64,000 nt of DNA from an uncultured archaeon (GCA_964430885.1 CAYSHM010000001.1:160001-224000); one strand, 5' to 3'; counted from the first letter of the stretch, positions 29,699 to 40,021 are shown. The notes: generated by a model not told the origin, from the letters alone. A program made the numbers and translations.

Positions 29699-31729
29699 GT
29701 GAGCCCTTTGAAGAAACTCTGGTCTGCTTTCTTAATTATTGTAGGATTGGTTTTCATCTCAATACTACCTTATTCGGTGAATTATCGGTCTGTATCGGGT
29801 GAACAGGTACCGGATCCTGTGCAGATAGTATCGCCTTCCAATGGGACGGAAGTGTCAGGCGAAATAATAATTGAAACCAAGGTTTACGGATGTAATTGCT
29901 CCAATTATACTTCCTTATACGTTAACCGAGCTTTCATCTCAAATGGAACCTTGTTTGATACTGATTACGAATTTGAATATTTCAGACATCAATGGAACAC
30001 AACAACAGTGTCCAATGGCAAATGCGAGATAATAGTATTTGACAAACACATGGTGTCCTATGATGTGATATATCTTTACGTCAGCAATGTTATAGAAAAT
30101 AACGGAAACGATGACAATACTAGAATTGTTGAGCCCAAGAACAATTCAATTGTTGGAGGACTAGAGACCGTCACGGCCGAAGTGAGGACTTGCAACTGCA
30201 CATCCTTCACTTCGCTTCATGTCGATGGTGTACATATTACCTCTGGAAATTTTGTGGAAATGGTCAAGAAGGAAAACATTTGGTGGGAGATTTATACCCA
30301 TAAATGGGATACAAGTAATCATTCTGACGGAGTTCATACCCTGATGGTATTAGGAAAACACCAGGAACATTACCATGAGATCGAAGTTATGATCGACAAT
30401 GATAATCATAATGATAATGGTTCCATAAGGATGCTTTTTCCAAATAATAATTCCTCGGTCAGCGGTAGAATCAGGATCGGCGTGGAGGTATCATCTTCTT
30501 TAGGTATAGGTTATACCTCACTTCACGTTGATGGAGATTTTTCCTCTAACGGTACTCTTGATTCATCTATAGGAGGTTTGGATTATTTTTCCCATGAATG
30601 GGATTCCGCCTCGGTCTCTGACGGTCAGCATGAAATAGGGGTGAAATACTCGAAGGGAGGATTGTCAACGACGGCTGCAGTAATTGTCAACAACAGTGGT
30701 GCCGCTGTACTTGAGAAGCCTGTTTGGATTATTACTCCTGATATGAATGCAGAACTGAAGGATACGGTTTCCATAAGGGTTGAGGTGAATTCCAAAGAGA
30801 TCAATGGATCTTCTGTTCTGTATGTTGATGAGCAGTTCATCTCTGAAGGAACATTGGATATCTCTGTTGGGGAATATTCGTACTTTACTCATAAATGGGA
30901 TACAAGTAATCATTCTGACGGAGTTCATCTTTTGAAGGTTGAGGTCTCGGGAGGGACTTATCTGGATGTTATATCAGTTTATGTGAACAATACAGAAGCA
31001 ATCCGACCTGATACCATGAAAATAGTATCACCTTCAAATAGGTCCAATGTGGAAGGTATAGCCATAATAAAGGTGGATATTCTTGAGAATGAAGATGAGA
31101 ACGGATGCACCCTGTACATCGACGGCAATTATATGGCCAACTATGATAACAGTACTAGAATAAAAAGGAAGGGTGCATGGTTCAGGCAGTATATTCTACA
31201 GTGGAACAGTCGATCCTCCACTAACGGATATCATGATATCATGGTCATGTCTGGAAATATGAAGCATTCTCATCTGATTTCGGTTTTTGTCCTAAATCCA
31301 CTGGAGGAAATGGTTCAGAACACAAGACTGTTGTACCCTTTAAACAACACAGTTCTGAACGGCAAGGTCACCATATCAATAGAGGTTTTGGTAATTTGCG
31401 ACTGCAACAGTACGACTCTATTGCTGATAGATGGAAAACCAGTCTCCAATGGAATTATTGACGACCGAAAACTGGTCAACGGCTCCTGGTTTGAGATTTT
31501 TATTCACCACTGGGACACCGCCTCTATGGGGGACGGTACCCATGAGCTAAGGACTTTGGGAAAACATAAGCAGTATTATGATACGGTTATGGTTATTGTG
31601 GATAATTCAGATGATGTCGATGATGGTAGCGGTAGTTCAGAAGATACTCCTGGGTTTGATTTTTTTACGTTGTTGATAGGTTTAATAATCATCATATTTC
31701 TTGCCGTTAATAGGTGGCGAAGGCCATGA
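29699..31729 (+). CDS. Secreted six-Ig-domain (Big-like) protein with PGF-CTERM sorting signal
   Basis: Six repeats of IxxPxNxxxVxG...WDTxxxxDGxH; C-terminus TPGF, TM, then RWRRP. Confidence 0.85.
   Translation: MSPLKKLWSAFLIIVGLVFISILPYSVNYRSVSGEQVPDPVQIVSPSNGTEVSGEIIIETKVYGCNCSNYTSLYVNRAFISNGTLFDTDYEFEYFRHQWNTTTVSNGKCEIIVFDKHMVSYDVIYLYVSNVIENNGNDDNTRIVEPKNNSIVGGLETVTAEVRTCNCTSFTSLHVDGVHITSGNFVEMVKKENIWWEIYTHKWDTSNHSDGVHTLMVLGKHQEHYHEIEVMIDNDNHNDNGSIRMLFPNNNSSVSGRIRIGVEVSSSLGIGYTSLHVDGDFSSNGTLDSSIGGLDYFSHEWDSASVSDGQHEIGVKYSKGGLSTTAAVIVNNSGAAVLEKPVWIITPDMNAELKDTVSIRVEVNSKEINGSSVLYVDEQFISEGTLDISVGEYSYFTHKWDTSNHSDGVHLLKVEVSGGTYLDVISVYVNNTEAIRPDTMKIVSPSNRSNVEGIAIIKVDILENEDENGCTLYIDGNYMANYDNSTRIKRKGAWFRQYILQWNSRSSTNGYHDIMVMSGNMKHSHLISVFVLNPLEEMVQNTRLLYPLNNTVLNGKVTISIEVLVICDCNSTTLLLIDGKPVSNGIIDDRKLVNGSWFEIFIHHWDTASMGDGTHELRTLGKHKQYYDTVMVIVDNSDDVDDGSGSSEDTPGFDFFTLLIGLIIIIFLAVNRWRRP
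30299..30928 (+). repeat. Identical 39-bp direct repeat (30299-30337 and 30890-30928)
   Basis: cataaatgggatacaagtaatcattctgacggagttcat occurs twice (HKWDTSNHSDGVH). Confidence 0.9.
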
Positions 31730-31748
31730 TTCAAACGGGGGTGGTATT

Positions 31749-34214
31749 TTGAGAATTTTTTTTAAATTCACCGTTCTTTTCTCAATACTCCTATTATTCA
31801 ATGGCTTTTTTCCAATGGCATTTCAAAGCGATTCTTCTCACATACGTTTTCCCTTAGAGACTGACTTCAGAAGATCTAAGGGCCCAAACGATGGCCCGGA
31901 AATGGTTGTGGACAATACTCCGGTTTCAGGAGAAACAGGTGAGCTTTTCACCTTCTCTGTAAACTTTACTGATCCTGACACAGTTTCCATGGTAAAGGTC
32001 AATTACACCTATGGCCAAAATATATTTTTCAACGAGTCCATGAACAATATAGCGGGCGATATGTGGAATCTAACGGTCCAGCTGAGTTCCAATCACACTA
32101 GCCTGGAATATATCTTTTTTTCCTGTGATGGGTCAAATGACAATAGTACCACACAGCAGTTTTCTGTTTCAATAATTGATATAATTCCTCCCGTTGCCAA
32201 TGGAGGGCCGGACCGGGATGTCCCCCAGGGTGCCAATTTTTACATCAATGGAACGAACAGCACAGACAATATTAGGATTGTAAATTATACCTGGAACTGG
32301 CATTGTTCAGGGTGCGGTCAGTATCATATCGCCTATGGTCCCGAGCCATTGATCTGGGGTGATGTTCTAAACTTCACTGTCTACCTCAATGTATTTGATG
32401 CTGCTGGAAATTGGGCCAATGATTCCATCAATATCACTATGATCGATATTGTCCCGCCTATTGCCAATGCAGGGTCCAACCTGGTAATTGACCAATTTCA
32501 AACAGCTGCATTCAATGGATCTTCTTCCGGGGATAATTTCCGAATTGTAAATTATACTTGGTCTTTCCAGTATAACGGGATCTTGATCAATTTATTCGGA
32601 GTAGAAATCACTTTCCGTTTCGATCTCGCAGGGGTGTATTCGGTAGAACTGTCAGTGGCCGATGCAGCAGGAAATTCCGCACCCTGGAGTCAAGATACTC
32701 TTACTGTTACTGTTCGGGATGTGGAATCTCCCACAGCGATTGCCGGGGATGATGTGGCTATTGATCAGCATGAGAACGTAACCTTTATGGCTGTAAACAG
32801 TCATGATAACGTGAATATTATCAGTTATCTTTGGAATTTCAGCTATGGCGGGGAAATGCGTCATTTGACTGGCCCAATGCCCAATTATCAATTTCATGAA
32901 GCGGGAATATATGATGTTACATTGAATGTTTCAGATGAAAGGGGTAATTATGCAGTTGATACCATGAAAGTTACAGTCAGGGACATTACACCCCCCACCG
33001 CTCATACCAGGGCTGAACATTGGACCGAGGCTTTAGGAGATGAAGTAGTTTTTTATGGGGGGTACAGCCAGGACAATGTAGGAATAGTCAACTTCACATG
33101 GAGTTTACATTACAACAATACTCCCGTCAGTTTATACGGGGAAGAAGTATCCTTCAGGTTCTGGGTTCCTGGGGAGTATGTCATTAATCTAAAGGTATGG
33201 GATGCAGAGGGTAATACGGATAGGAAAAACTGCAGTGTTGAGGTGGTTGACGAACTACTGCCATTACCTGATGCAGGCAATGATTCCACCATAGAAGTAG
33301 GTACTTATTTCAAATTCAATGGAAGCGGTACCTGGGACCACTCATCCATAGGCTCTTATATCTGGATATTCACATATGGTGGACACAGCCAAACCCTGGT
33401 CGGAATAGATGCTGCTTTCTGGTTCAATAACACCGGCGAATATTCAGTTATTCTGATCGTAAGGGATGATTTCGAGAACATGGCCCAGGATACAATGACA
33501 GTAACGGTTATAGATACTCATCCTCCAGTTGCGGACCCTGGTGTTGATGATTTGATAGTATTCAAAAATGAATCGGTGCTGTTAAATGCATCCAAAAGCA
33601 CAGATATCGGCGGTATTGCCCGTTACTTTTGGTCCTTTGATTATAACGGGGAATCAATAGAACACAAAGGTGTGGAATTCGAGTTCAAGTTCGATAAATT
33701 AGGTGACTATTCGTTGATGCTGACTGTGACGGATAATGCAGGCAATGAAGGGATTTCAATCCTGAATATCACGGTTTTGAACAAAGGCCCAAGTATTGGG
33801 GATGATGATGTCGAAGATGATGATAATGACCCTAATGATGATACCGTAGATAACGATGATGATGATACCATAGATGACGATATTGGAGATGACGATTTTC
33901 CAAATACTGAAAAGGAGAATTCTGAAAAGAAGGTAGGACCTGGGATTAAATTGTTGATATCAATTATTTCAATTGTCATTATCCTGCTGATAGTTTTACT
34001 GTTTTTCAAAATGAAGTCAAAGAGGAATTTTACAGTCAATAACGGAAAAAATGACCCGGCCATCAATGACGATATTGAGCAGAAAAACGAAGTGAATCCG
34101 GACGGTGGGTTGATAGGTGGATCTGAAGGTCCTGATTCAAGACCGAATAATAATAAAATTGATGAAATTACCAATATAGGGGTTGAAAAGGAATATGATG
34201 GGAAGCGGATTTGA
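31749..34214 (+). CDS. Surface protein with one Ig-like and six PKD domains, Asp-rich linker and C-terminal TM
   Basis: Repeated PxAxAG...SxDNxxIxxYxW...VxDxxGN; start moved to TTG 31749 after GGGGGTGG (ORF track starts at 31701). Confidence 0.85.
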   Translation: MRIFFKFTVLFSILLLFNGFFPMAFQSDSSHIRFPLETDFRRSKGPNDGPEMVVDNTPVSGETGELFTFSVNFTDPDTVSMVKVNYTYGQNIFFNESMNNIAGDMWNLTVQLSSNHTSLEYIFFSCDGSNDNSTTQQFSVSIIDIIPPVANGGPDRDVPQGANFYINGTNSTDNIRIVNYTWNWHCSGCGQYHIAYGPEPLIWGDVLNFTVYLNVFDAAGNWANDSINITMIDIVPPIANAGSNLVIDQFQTAAFNGSSSGDNFRIVNYTWSFQYNGILINLFGVEITFRFDLAGVYSVELSVADAAGNSAPWSQDTLTVTVRDVESPTAIAGDDVAIDQHENVTFMAVNSHDNVNIISYLWNFSYGGEMRHLTGPMPNYQFHEAGIYDVTLNVSDERGNYAVDTMKVTVRDITPPTAHTRAEHWTEALGDEVVFYGGYSQDNVGIVNFTWSLHYNNTPVSLYGEEVSFRFWVPGEYVINLKVWDAEGNTDRKNCSVEVVDELLPLPDAGNDSTIEVGTYFKFNGSGTWDHSSIGSYIWIFTYGGHSQTLVGIDAAFWFNNTGEYSVILIVRDDFENMAQDTMTVTVIDTHPPVADPGVDDLIVFKNESVLLNASKSTDIGGIARYFWSFDYNGESIEHKGVEFEFKFDKLGDYSLMLTVTDNAGNEGISILNITVLNKGPSIGDDDVEDDDNDPNDDTVDNDDDDTIDDDIGDDDFPNTEKENSEKKVGPGIKLLISIISIVIILLIVLLFFKMKSKRNFTVNNGKNDPAINDDIEQKNEVNPDGGLIGGSEGPDSRPNNNKIDEITNIGVEKEYDGKRI

Positions 34215-34227
34215 TTAGTTCTTTAGT

Positions 34228-36906
34228 CTAGCTTTTTTCCTTTTTGTTCTTATTAAATAAAACTAGTATTGAAATAATGCCAAGTAATATTAAGATACAA
34301 ATGATGACTATAATAATTGGCCATGCTCCCTCGCTATCAACATCCTTCTTTTCATCCTCAATGATTATATTGATAATTTCGATGTTTTGATTGCCCCACC
34401 CATCCTTCACTCTAAGGGTGATCTGGTAACTCCCAGAACTTTGAAAAATGAAATCCTGCCTTTCACCATAAAGGGTTATGTTTTCATTATCATGGGTGAA
34501 GCTCCAAGTATAATTTGTAATGCCAGTGTCATCAGAACAGTTACTGGCATCTAGAATAACAGGTTCACCTTTTAACGCTGAGATGTTATCCGCCAGATAT
34601 ATTGTTGGAGGATGAATATCAAAAACGGTAATCTTGAAAGCGGTTGAATTATAATTATTATTAGTGTCCCTGACCTGAAGGTTTACCATGTAAAATCCAG
34701 GTATATTGAAGGTATGGTTCACGAAATCCTCAAATAATGTAATATTTGTATTCAACCCCGTCAAATGCCATGTATAATTGGCAATACCGGTGTTGTCGCT
34801 GCTTTCCAATGCATTGAAGGCCGTTGATATGCCAGGATAGGCTTTTGGATCCCCAGAGATTACCGCCTGCGGAGCTTCGGTGTCCATCACGGTGACCAAT
34901 ATCTGATCATCGGCTGAATTTCCTCCTTCATCCACTATTGTCAATTTCACACTGACGGCTCCAGCCTCATTGAATCTGAATGTTATGGTAGGTCCGTGCA
35001 GGACATATTCTTTATCTTTAAAGATAAATTCCCAAGTGAATTCTTTTATGCCTACATTGTCACTGCAATTCAATGCTGAAAAGTACAGTGTCTCAGCTTG
35101 CATGATAGTTCGATTCTTTCCGGCACTGCAAATGGGATTTTCAGTATCCTTGACGTATATCATTAGAACATCTTCGTCAACAATCCCCTTTGTGTTTGTA
35201 ACCTTTAAGGTAACCTGGTATATTCCAGCTAGATTGAAATCGAAACTGCAGTCTTTACCATAGAGGGCAATGGCAGAACCATCATATTCAAATATCCAAG
35301 TGTAATTATCGATGCCGGTTTTAGGGTGGCTGCCGCTGCCATTGAAATCCACGGATTCATGCTGGTTTATGTGGAAGTCCAATCCGGCATCAGCGAACAC
35401 AATGGCGGACCCATTACCTCCAGGATTTAACAAAGGTTTCCCGTCAGTTACCCCTGCAACGCCGTCCAGCTCGTAAGCGGTATCCCAGGTTAAGCCGTCA
35501 TTCGCCGAAGTGGGATACCTGGTTTCGTAATTATCCCAGAAATTACCCATTGTCCCATTGTCCCATTCAGTTCCAGCCTGTCCACAATATCCCTGTGATC
35601 TCAGATATTCACCATTCCTTATGAAAGTATTATTGAATATTGTATTATTTTTTCCTCCCAATACCTTCAATCCATAATCCTGATTGTCCTTAAATGTATT
35701 TTTCACCAGTAAAGAATCCGTACACTGGTCCATGATCAAGCCCAATTTCCGGTTCCCTTCGATTTTATTTCCATTTAAGGAGATGGCGGAGGATAGAATG
35801 ATCTTTGCACCACTTTGCGAGTTTTCCATCAGATTACAATTAGATATGGTCAAATTTGTTATGAAGCTGGCTAATAATCCATAAGTAGCAGATTCCAGGC
35901 TTGAGCTAGAAAGTTCAATATTGCTGCAGTTGGAGAAGATAATCTGTCCAAGGTTTTCCTTATTACCCGCCCAATTATTCTCTTTTGAGTATAATATGGG
36001 TTTTTTGTTAACGAGATTGTTAGATCCGATATCATGGCTGTCCCAATGGATGGTTTGGTCCCCGATAATATCCAATCCGCAGCCAGTAAAATCATTGTTC
36101 AATAAACAGCATGCAATGCTCCGTTGAAGTTTTATACCGGTGGAAAGATACTCAAAGACGGAATTGGTAATGGTTACATCTCTGCTTTGGTATATCACAC
36201 ATCCAATCTCCCCATCTAAAAAAGTAAAGTTATTAATTCGGACATCGTCGGCCGTTATGTTCATTCCTTTGGTATTGCTCCGTATTATTGTATCTGCAGT
36301 GTTCTCCCCAACGAGATTAATATTTTTATCGATTTTCAGATCTACTTCATATGTACCTTTCGATATATACAGGATAGAATTATCTTCAGCAAAATTTATA
36401 GAGGCCTGAAGGGAAGGGTATTTTGTGAAAACCTTATTTCCATCAAGCTTCCATCCTGATATTCCGCAGCACATTATATTGATGTCTGAAAACCCTGCCG
36501 TGCTCAGATTTTCACCTGAAGCTATCCCGTCATATTTTCCTTTTCCGTAAGTGAGAATGGTTCTTCCAGTAGGAATAAGATGGGTATTGTTCGAAAGGGT
36601 TGAAAGAGGAATGGACACAGCATTCTGAACATGTCCAGACAGATATTCCTCATATTCCTGAACGTCTATGATAACAACGTTCTCCATATTGTAGACCATG
36701 TTCTTGGCTTCAGTAATATTTACTTCTTCATATCCTGGTCCCTCCCGAGTTTGGTATACGCTGGAACAGAAGGCATCATCATCAGCTAATCCCAGCGGGG
36801 AAAGCAATATCAGTTGAAGTAACAACGAAAATATAATACCTGCAGAAATGTTCTTCTTGTTTTTCACGATGTCCACACCTAACACCTCATTGACTTTCAT
36901 AATCAT
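34228..36906 (-). CDS. Surface protein: rhodanese-like domain, NosD beta-helix, four PKD domains, C-terminal TM
   Basis: VIIDVQEYEEYLSGHVQNAVSIPL...GISGW, SLQASINFA...GTY, GNFWDNY, PKD repeats, TM then KNKKEKS; true start possibly GTG 36867. Confidence 0.85.
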   Translation of the reverse strand: MIMKVNEVLGVDIVKNKKNISAGIIFSLLLQLILLSPLGLADDDAFCSSVYQTREGPGYEEVNITEAKNMVYNMENVVIIDVQEYEEYLSGHVQNAVSIPLSTLSNNTHLIPTGRTILTYGKGKYDGIASGENLSTAGFSDINIMCCGISGWKLDGNKVFTKYPSLQASINFAEDNSILYISKGTYEVDLKIDKNINLVGENTADTIIRSNTKGMNITADDVRINNFTFLDGEIGCVIYQSRDVTITNSVFEYLSTGIKLQRSIACCLLNNDFTGCGLDIIGDQTIHWDSHDIGSNNLVNKKPILYSKENNWAGNKENLGQIIFSNCSNIELSSSSLESATYGLLASFITNLTISNCNLMENSQSGAKIILSSAISLNGNKIEGNRKLGLIMDQCTDSLLVKNTFKDNQDYGLKVLGGKNNTIFNNTFIRNGEYLRSQGYCGQAGTEWDNGTMGNFWDNYETRYPTSANDGLTWDTAYELDGVAGVTDGKPLLNPGGNGSAIVFADAGLDFHINQHESVDFNGSGSHPKTGIDNYTWIFEYDGSAIALYGKDCSFDFNLAGIYQVTLKVTNTKGIVDEDVLMIYVKDTENPICSAGKNRTIMQAETLYFSALNCSDNVGIKEFTWEFIFKDKEYVLHGPTITFRFNEAGAVSVKLTIVDEGGNSADDQILVTVMDTEAPQAVISGDPKAYPGISTAFNALESSDNTGIANYTWHLTGLNTNITLFEDFVNHTFNIPGFYMVNLQVRDTNNNYNSTAFKITVFDIHPPTIYLADNISALKGEPVILDASNCSDDTGITNYTWSFTHDNENITLYGERQDFIFQSSGSYQITLRVKDGWGNQNIEIINIIIEDEKKDVDSEGAWPIIIVIICILILLGIISILVLFNKNKKEKS

Positions 36907-37138
36907 GTCCGCGTCATAAATAGATAATAGCTTTTTTCAAAATTTTTATTTAAATGGCACAAATTTAAGCGCTGGAATAATATCTTGATATTCAAACAAC
37001 TTGGCGGGTATTTATTAATATAGTTCCTTTTATTTTACCAATGACCCTATAATTAAATAAGGAAGATTAAAATATAACGGCGTGATATCAATCAATGGAA
37101 TATTCGATCTTTAAATAATCTGTAATGGTGAATAAGAT

Positions 37139-39004
37139 ATGTATCAAAAAAATGGCCCGAGGACAATACCAATTTTATTATTGACCTTTTTAATGATCTC
37201 TGTGTCTCTCTTCCTGTACCAAGATGATATTGAGCTATCGGCAACCTCGAATTTCCATTCTTCAAGAAACAATCCAGAGGTCCACATGGCCTTCTTTTTT
37301 GATCCAGAATGTCCTTCCTGTATGCATGTGAAGAACAATATCCTGCCTCCATTGGAGGAGAATCATACTAATCTGAAGGTATTTCAGCACAATGTCAAGG
37401 AGGAGGTCAGCAATCAGACATTAGCGTATGAGTTCATTAGCATATACAATGTTCCCTATGAGACCAGTTTTGATTATCCGCTGCTTTTCATTGGGGATAA
37501 TTATTTTTCTTTTGAAAGTATCAGCTATGAATCCCTTTCAGCGACCATTTTATCCTACCAGGGGATTTATGTACCTCTTTATCCTGAATGGAACGTTTCC
37601 TGGTCTACGCAGGCGGCCCTATTTTACAATTCCACACATGAGGTGCAATCCGGCGGGACATGGTCCCAATCATTGGTTGAATCTTTTCCTGATACACATT
37701 TGAACAAATTATATTTTGATACGGCCTCTAGCAAGCTGAACCGAACACTATTTTACCATTATCAATTGGCCTACGGCCTGTCTGGAAATGAGACTGAACC
37801 AGTATTTTTCATGGGGAATGACAATGTAACCCTTCAAGGCGTTTTCATAAATTGGTCAAATATCAATGAAACCATAGTTAGGTATTCCGGAAAGAACATA
37901 CCGCTAAAGAATGTGACCATCCCGGACTCGACTCCTTTCGGTGATGATACCATATGCGTTCTGGTGTTCCATACAACTACCTGCAGCGAATGCTATAAGG
38001 CAGTGAACTACATCAAAGAATTGGAACATGAATATCCGCGGCTGAATGTCACTTACTATAATACTGCAAATCTTGATAATCTAGCAAAGAAGGAAGCATA
38101 TGCGAATCATTTTGATACCACCGCAGGCTCTCTTTTCGTAGTTATCGGAGATAATTATTTCAGCAGCTGGGCAAGTTTGAAGAGAGGATTTGAGGATAAA
38201 ATTGATGAATATCCTGAAGGCTGTCAATGCCCGGATCCAGGGGACGGCGGCAAGGCAATAAAGGATCGTTTTGAGTCTTTTGTTCTATTGGGAATATTGG
38301 GGGCGGGTCTGATAGACGGTGTCAATCCGTGCGCTTTTGTAACGCTGATATTTTTCATTAGCTATCTCACAATAAGGCAGGAATCCAAAAAGGACATATT
38401 GCTGGTGGGAATCTCTTTCACAACAGGAATATTCGTTACCTATCTGCTTATGGGAATGGGACTTTACAAGATTGTAGGTTATGCCACGGGATTATCCACA
38501 TTGTCGGCCTGGCTATATCCTATCACCGGTTTGGTAGCCCTTGTACTTGGTATATTCAGCATATATGATTACTACAAGGTTAAAAGTGGCAAGGCCGAGG
38601 ATATGTCCCTTCAGCTGCCCGATTCGATTAAAAAACTGAACCGCAAGGTGATCAGGAGTCACAGCCGTTCCAAATATTTTGTAGGTTTGGCAGCTTTCAC
38701 CGGAGTTGTGATATCCCTGCTGGAGTTCATGTGCACTGGTCAGGTTTATTTACCCACAATAGTGGGAATAATGACCTATCCCAGCTACCGTGCTCAGGCC
38801 TTTTTCTATCTGGTCCTGTACAACCTTATGTTCATATTGCCTTTGGTGATTATACTGATGTTTGCTTATTGGGGTACATCTTCACAGAAGATGGTCAAGG
38901 TTTTCCAAAAAAGATTGGGTTTTGTGAAGCTGCTGCTTGCCGGACTTTTCTTTGGTCTGGCAATATTCATGTTCTTTTATTCCTGGGATCTTGGATTATT
39001 TTGA
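37139..39004 (+). CDS. Thioredoxin-like domains fused to CcdA/DsbD-type transmembrane domain
   Basis: CPSC and CSEC Trx motifs, middle Trx-like repeat without CxxC, GLIDGVNPCAF and EFMCTGQVYLP, about six TM helices. Confidence 0.85.
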   Translation: MYQKNGPRTIPILLLTFLMISVSLFLYQDDIELSATSNFHSSRNNPEVHMAFFFDPECPSCMHVKNNILPPLEENHTNLKVFQHNVKEEVSNQTLAYEFISIYNVPYETSFDYPLLFIGDNYFSFESISYESLSATILSYQGIYVPLYPEWNVSWSTQAALFYNSTHEVQSGGTWSQSLVESFPDTHLNKLYFDTASSKLNRTLFYHYQLAYGLSGNETEPVFFMGNDNVTLQGVFINWSNINETIVRYSGKNIPLKNVTIPDSTPFGDDTICVLVFHTTTCSECYKAVNYIKELEHEYPRLNVTYYNTANLDNLAKKEAYANHFDTTAGSLFVVIGDNYFSSWASLKRGFEDKIDEYPEGCQCPDPGDGGKAIKDRFESFVLLGILGAGLIDGVNPCAFVTLIFFISYLTIRQESKKDILLVGISFTTGIFVTYLLMGMGLYKIVGYATGLSTLSAWLYPITGLVALVLGIFSIYDYYKVKSGKAEDMSLQLPDSIKKLNRKVIRSHSRSKYFVGLAAFTGVVISLLEFMCTGQVYLPTIVGIMTYPSYRAQAFFYLVLYNLMFILPLVIILMFAYWGTSSQKMVKVFQKRLGFVKLLLAGLFFGLAIFMFFYSWDLGLF

Positions 39005-39055
39005 TCCTGTATTCAGGTATTGTTTTATTTATGATGGCCCTTTATACTGTAATAA

Positions 39056-40021
39056 ATGGGTGATATTTTGGAGAAATTTATTGAATATTCAGATTTCAGA
39101 GAGATTACCAAGGACATAGAGAATATGAGGATTCGGGGAGCCAATAAAATTGCCCGAATGGCCGCTTTTGCTCTGTCACTTTTCGCTCGGGGATATCAAG
39201 GAGATTCCGACCAGTATTTCAGTGCTCTTTTAGATGTGGCAGTTACACTATATAAGACCAGGCCTACCGCAGTATCCTTGGAGAACGCTCTACTTCACGT
39301 GCTGAACAGGATTAGTGAAAAATCCATTAAGGATCAGAAGGAAGCAACCATTATTGCTTCAGAAATTTTCATCAAGAAAGCATTGAGTGCCCAGGATGAG
39401 GTGGCAGAACGGGCCGCAAGCATTTTAGAGGACAGTTCGACCATCCACACACACTGTAATTCCACTGCCGTAGTGGAGGCTATGAAACATGCCGGAGACA
39501 TGGGGAAGGAAATTTTGGTTCATTCCAGTGAGACTAGGCCAAGATTTCAGGGTAGGATAACAGTAACGGAACTCGCCAAGGCCAATATCAAATGCAGAAT
39601 GATGGTGGATTCGGCCGCCCGGCTTTTCATGGATGATGTGGATTTTGTCATGGTAGGCGCAGATACCGTAACAAACGATGGTGCTCTGTTCAATAAGATA
39701 GGGACTCACCAGATAGCACTTGCCGCCAGGGATTGTTCGGTACCATTTTATTGTTTGGCGGAAACTTTCAAGCTTTCGCCCAGGACCATGGAGGGCCATC
39801 ATACAAAAATCGAGATGAGATCTCCCGAAGAGATTATAGGTGATATTGATAAACCATTACCCGGTGGCATCCAAGTTCTCAATCCAGCTTTCGATAGGAC
39901 GCCTCCTGATTTGATAAAGGGAATAATAACCGAAAGGGGAATTTTCAGACCGGATCAGATATCCGCAGTTATTCATGAGATGTATGAAGGAAAGAAATAC
40001 GACTATTTCTATGATATTTGA
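39056..40021 (+). CDS. Ribose-1,5-bisphosphate isomerase (eIF2B-like family)
   Basis: IRGA, TRPTAVSL, catalytic THCNS, ETRPRFQG, VGAD, NKIGT, NPAFD-TP. Confidence 0.85.
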   Translation: MGDILEKFIEYSDFREITKDIENMRIRGANKIARMAAFALSLFARGYQGDSDQYFSALLDVAVTLYKTRPTAVSLENALLHVLNRISEKSIKDQKEATIIASEIFIKKALSAQDEVAERAASILEDSSTIHTHCNSTAVVEAMKHAGDMGKEILVHSSETRPRFQGRITVTELAKANIKCRMMVDSAARLFMDDVDFVMVGADTVTNDGALFNKIGTHQIALAARDCSVPFYCLAETFKLSPRTMEGHHTKIEMRSPEEIIGDIDKPLPGGIQVLNPAFDRTPPDLIKGIITERGIFRPDQISAVIHEMYEGKKYDYFYDI

